A DNA stretch of 63,520 nucleotides, the filler included, from Diploschistes diacapsis (taxonomy: Eukaryota): NCBI GenBank assembly GCA_023645945.1. It is 20 parts of 20 records of this genome, joined end to end, with 100 filler letters (N's around TTAATTAATTAA, not from the genome) between each part and the next. Parts side by side here need not be neighbours in the genome. Positions count along the whole stretch, not along the records: positions 59,496 to 61,458 come from JALAIB010002473.1; positions 61,559 to 63,520 come from JALAIB010002474.1; 18 more parts are not named here. One strand, 5' to 3'. Below, in pieces: positions 59,396 to 63,520 of the stretch. The position numbers and the translations under genes are program-made. The notes under the pieces were generated by a model that had not been told where the DNA came from, ran no database searches, and saw only the letters and a list, made by a program, of their open reading frames with translations. The first letter of the stretch is position 1; each line of letters opens with the position of its first letter.

Positions 59396-61558
59396 NNNNN
59401 NNNNNNNNNNNNNNNNNNNNNNNNNNNNNNNNNNNNNNNTTAATTAATTAANNNNNNNNNNNNNNNNNNNNNNNNNNNNNNNNNNNNNNNNNNNNCGGCC
59501 AGGCTGCATTCCTAGACACGGCTTGCATGTGCTCTTGCATGCATGCTATGGTCCGACGTTGCTTATGTCCTTACACACCGCGTTCATGACATGACCAGCC
59601 GCAATTGCTGGTCGTCATGGACCCAAAACGCTTTGCTTGCCCCGTGTTGGGGATTTTTTGCGGTGGACTGGTCGCCTTTTTTTTTTTTTCCTTTTTTTGG
59701 GAGGGAAGGATATTCATTACACAGGGCAATGATAACAACCTCAAGAGTATGTGATGTCCACTATGAACCATACAGCCCAAGCTAACAACACATCTTGAAT
59801 AAGGGATGAAAGACATCCCGTGAAAGCATTGTTTGTATCAGCACTCATCATAGAACCTGCTCAAAAAGCAGCTACTGCTCCATCAAAGCCTGTCAACTTG
59901 CACAAGGCACATCCCAGCCCTATGCCATACAAACAAGCAAATAGTCGTTGAAAGCAAGCACTGTCAGGGCAAGCCTATTCAGCACAATGAAAGTGCATAG
60001 AGCTCAAAACCCAGTGTCAGATTCGAGACCCTTAAGCCTCAAACCGTGCAACAATACTGCTAGTGATTTGTCACATTGCTATCCGACTAGGCTAAAGCTC
60101 CAAAAGAAAGGGATGCAAGATGTCGGATAGCATGTATTAAGCCGTGGTATCCTATCCGAAGCAATTATCACCACGTGACATGGTTGCCCACAAGGTAAGC
60201 AAGGTTTCGCTTTTTTGGGGTGGTAGAGCTGCCCACGACAACTTTGAAGCACACCATTAGTGCTAAACTAATGTTTATAGAATGCCTTGGCCAGCTTGCT
60301 TGCTACAGGGTGTGCTACAAGTTACATATAATTAGCTTGTAGACATCGCCGTGACCTTTTACTAGACCCGTTACATCTGGTTTCGGATACTGGAACTTGT
60401 CGCTATGGTAGCGTGTTGGACTCCGATTGTGGGTTCCGCCGTGCGGTAATGTGGTCAATCATTCCTTCCACTTACAGTGGGAGTCTGTGTGTGGAACTAA
60501 ATGTCACAGCTGTGACGTTGGTTGGCATGTCTTGCTAGAGTGCATACAAAGACCAGTAGACTGTTTTGTTGCGTGGCGTGGTTGGTATTTACAAGGGAGA
60601 ATATCTGAGCGTATGTTGTTGTGTGTCAGTTCAACTGTCAGAGTTAGCAAGACAATATAGCAATATGAAATACAGACAGTAGGATGTACTGAGTTAACTA
60701 CTATGTACAGGCATAATGTATAGTGACTCAGCTAAATATGAACCAAAGTCAGATTTGCTTGGAATATCAATGGAAGAAGATCAATGAGCTGCATTTGGGA
60801 TGGCACATCACATGTCTCTACTTCAAACTCCAGAGCTACAAATGAAAAGACGAATCAAGTGTATGAGCTGACCTGCAGAGCTAATTGCTGCAGTGCTTCA
60901 CATCTTGTCCACTAATATTGCCGAGCTAATTGATGCTGATGTACGTACTGTGCTTCACACTCAAAAGCTTCGTCACACACCCACCCACAAGGGACATGCT
61001 TTCTGTCGAATCAGAGGTATGCACAACTGCACGAAGAGATTGTGCAATAAAGAATCGGCAATGATAATGTCTCGTTTGCGATCAGCTACAGCTGGATCTA
61101 ACCAGGTCCATGAGGCTACAAGATACAACAATTTGTGCCAACTTACATTATATCTGATTAGCCGATTCAGTGGTGCAGTGCTCATGTGCAGGACACACAA
61201 TTATAGTCTGGTATTGGCTGGTGAGTACTTTCACGCCCTGATAGGCATATTAGTTGCAACGTACAGTTGGCCCATGTGCAGGCTGTCTATCTCCGTATAC
61301 GTAGTTGCAAAAATATGAACGCTCACTCAAGATGTTCACTGCAACATTACTGAGCGTTATTTGGCTACTGGGCCAAACCTACATCCAAACATGTGTTGAA
61401 CGGACCTTGATCACTGAGGACATCATGTATACATTTGTGAATCGTACTGCAAGAGCACNNNNNNNNNNNNNNNNNNNNNNNNNNNNNNNNNNNNNNNNNN
61501 NNTTAATTAATTAANNNNNNNNNNNNNNNNNNNNNNNNNNNNNNNNNNNNNNNNNNNN

Positions 61559-62280
61559 GGAGATTAAGTATTAACTTTACCTTTAATATTCTAAACAAAA
61601 CGAATCTCGATCAATACTATTACGGAAAAAACCCCATTCTTAATGCTATATAGAACAGAATATGTCCTATTAATCGAAACAGAAGTTACTACGTGGACGA
61701 TATTACTATAAAACGATATTTATAACCGTGCCGATCTTTTAGCGGCAAGAATAAGACAACTAAAAAGCCGGAATAAAGATATAAAAAAAACCTCTACTAA
61801 AATAAAACGTCGGAAGGGCCAAATAATCGATTCATACTATAAAAATACTCATACGAAAACCCATCTCTTTCATATTAAAGATCTTATATTATTCTATAAT
61901 AATAAATATCAGAAAGACTATTCCGTATTTCGAAAATTAAACTTTTAATAACTCGATTCTTACCGGATAACCTACTCGGATCATCAGAAGTTAATATATA
62001 AGCTTATCGAGCTTGATAATACGGACCTAAATGGAACTTTTGTTAGAAGGAGATTAAAAGCTTTTGTCAGCGATCCTATAAAAGACATTCTATAGCCCGA
62101 ACCTGGACCGGAATTGAAAGAAGATAGTGAAGCCTCGGAGGAAAATATGAAAAAAGATCCTGGATTTAGGGAAGCCATACCTAACATAATAGAAGGGTAC
62201 ATTCCAGCAAGAAAGAATTTCGCTATAATAGTATAGGAGATAAGTCCTCCTATTGGTTTTTGGGAGGGGGAAAGGTCTAA
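61559..62280 (+). mobile_element. RIP-degraded retrotransposon integrase C-terminal region (Gypsy-like), PPT-like purine run at ~62261
   Basis: Degenerate F.IKDLILFY...KL.F**LDSYRIT...YKLIELDNT block in AT-rich, CpG-retaining sequence. Confidence 0.5.
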
Positions 62281-62507
62281 TTAAACTCTTAATAAACCCT
62301 CTATAAATTCCGGAAAGGAAAGCACTAGAAAATTTTCTTTATAACATTCTTTTTATTTCCGCGTCGAACATTTTATGATTTTATATATTAACTTTTATAT
62401 TACTTAATTTAAATTATTGCCTACTATACTTTAAGATCCCATTTAACATATTTTAAGAATTTAATTGTATTAAGATTTTATTTATACTTTAAGATCTTTA
62501 TCTCCAG

Positions 62508-62961
62508 TGTTACGATCCAAGGTACTAGGCGGTAATACTTGGTACGCAACAGCTAGTCGGGCACTTCCCAACCATTCCTTATATATAGTCCAATTAGGGT
62601 GACACGGGTCACGTAATGAATAAAAGGTCTAAAAAACCATTCTACCCAGTCGTAAATAGAAAGGAAGAACGATAATTCTACCCATCTATTTATTTATTTT
62701 GTTAAGGGAGCTATTAATTATATAAGAACGCTGTTATAACCTTTATAAATCTAGGGCGTGTTCATTTTTATAGATATCTTAAGTTATTGCTCGGGATTAA
62801 TCTATATTCGTTACTTTTATTATCTTAAAGCCTTCTTTCCAAAAACAGTTTAAGACCTGTGACTACTCTATCTTCTTCTCCTGCCACACTCCTCTTCTAA
62901 CAAAAACCAAACCCACCTTGATCCTACTCGTGTATACCTTGTATAGATAGAGATCATAACA
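62508..62961 (+). mobile_element. Solo LTR family A (454 bp)
   Basis: TGTTACGATCC...GATCATAACA flanked by perfect 5-bp TSD TCCAG (62503-62507 / 62962-62966). Confidence 0.93.
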
Positions 62962-63520
62962 TCCAGATCCTACTCGTTGCGCTTTAAGATCCTACTTAAC
63001 AGTCATACCAATCACCTTTAACAATAATTGACAACACACCTTTTGCACTAGCACAAGGTTCTTCCTGTTTACAGCCCCTAACTCTATTAAAAAATCTTAT
63101 TCAAGCTAGAAGCTATTAAACACCAATAATATTAATAAATAGAAATAGCTTTAATATCATTAAAAATTTTCTTAATCACGTGAAAAAATAACCTTCAAGC
63201 GACCGATACCCCTTAATATATAAAATAAAAATTAAGATTAAAATAGCGATCTATTTAACAACGGATTATCTCGGATAGTTAATCGATAAGATAAAGAAAA
63301 AGAAATTATATATCGCTGCCGGAATCTCAGAAATAACATATAAAAAAATAAGAATCGGTAAAGGAACTTACGCGAAACTACAAGCAAAAGTTATTACGGA
63401 TAAACAATATAATTAAAAAAATTAATAAAATATAAAACGAATAATTTACGAGATTAATTTATCCCGGAAACATTTATGGATCTTTTAAAAACTATATAAA
63501 GATAATAAACGTCTTTATTA

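Overview
Fungal (filamentous ascomycete) draft assembly. The window is 20 unrelated contigs joined by 19 artificial 100-bp spacers (N44-TTAATTAATTAA-N44), so adjacency across spacers means nothing. One 24-kb gene-rich contig (8332-32475) carries, in order: a HeLo-like/STAND-N + LIM gene, a pseudokinase, a Zn2Cys6 transcription factor, a compact trio (acid phosphatase / membrane-anchored ferroxidase-type multicopper oxidase / CCC1-VIT1 transporter), a DxD glycosyltransferase-like membrane protein and a frameshifted BTB pseudogene. The other 19 contigs are about 1.96-1.99 kb each. Most are RIP-degraded, nested transposons: Ty3/Gypsy chromoviruses, Ty1/Copia, Pogo/Fot1 and a non-autonomous hAT family with perfect 8-bp TSDs. 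The rest are a partial RMD8-like gene, the 3' end of a GC-rich gene and one CpG-depleted contig. Best candidate for an undescribed system: the phosphatase-MCO-VIT1 trio, read as a lumenal Fe/Mn oxidation and phosphate-sequestration module (inference). All family assignments come from motif recognition by eye; no database searches were run.
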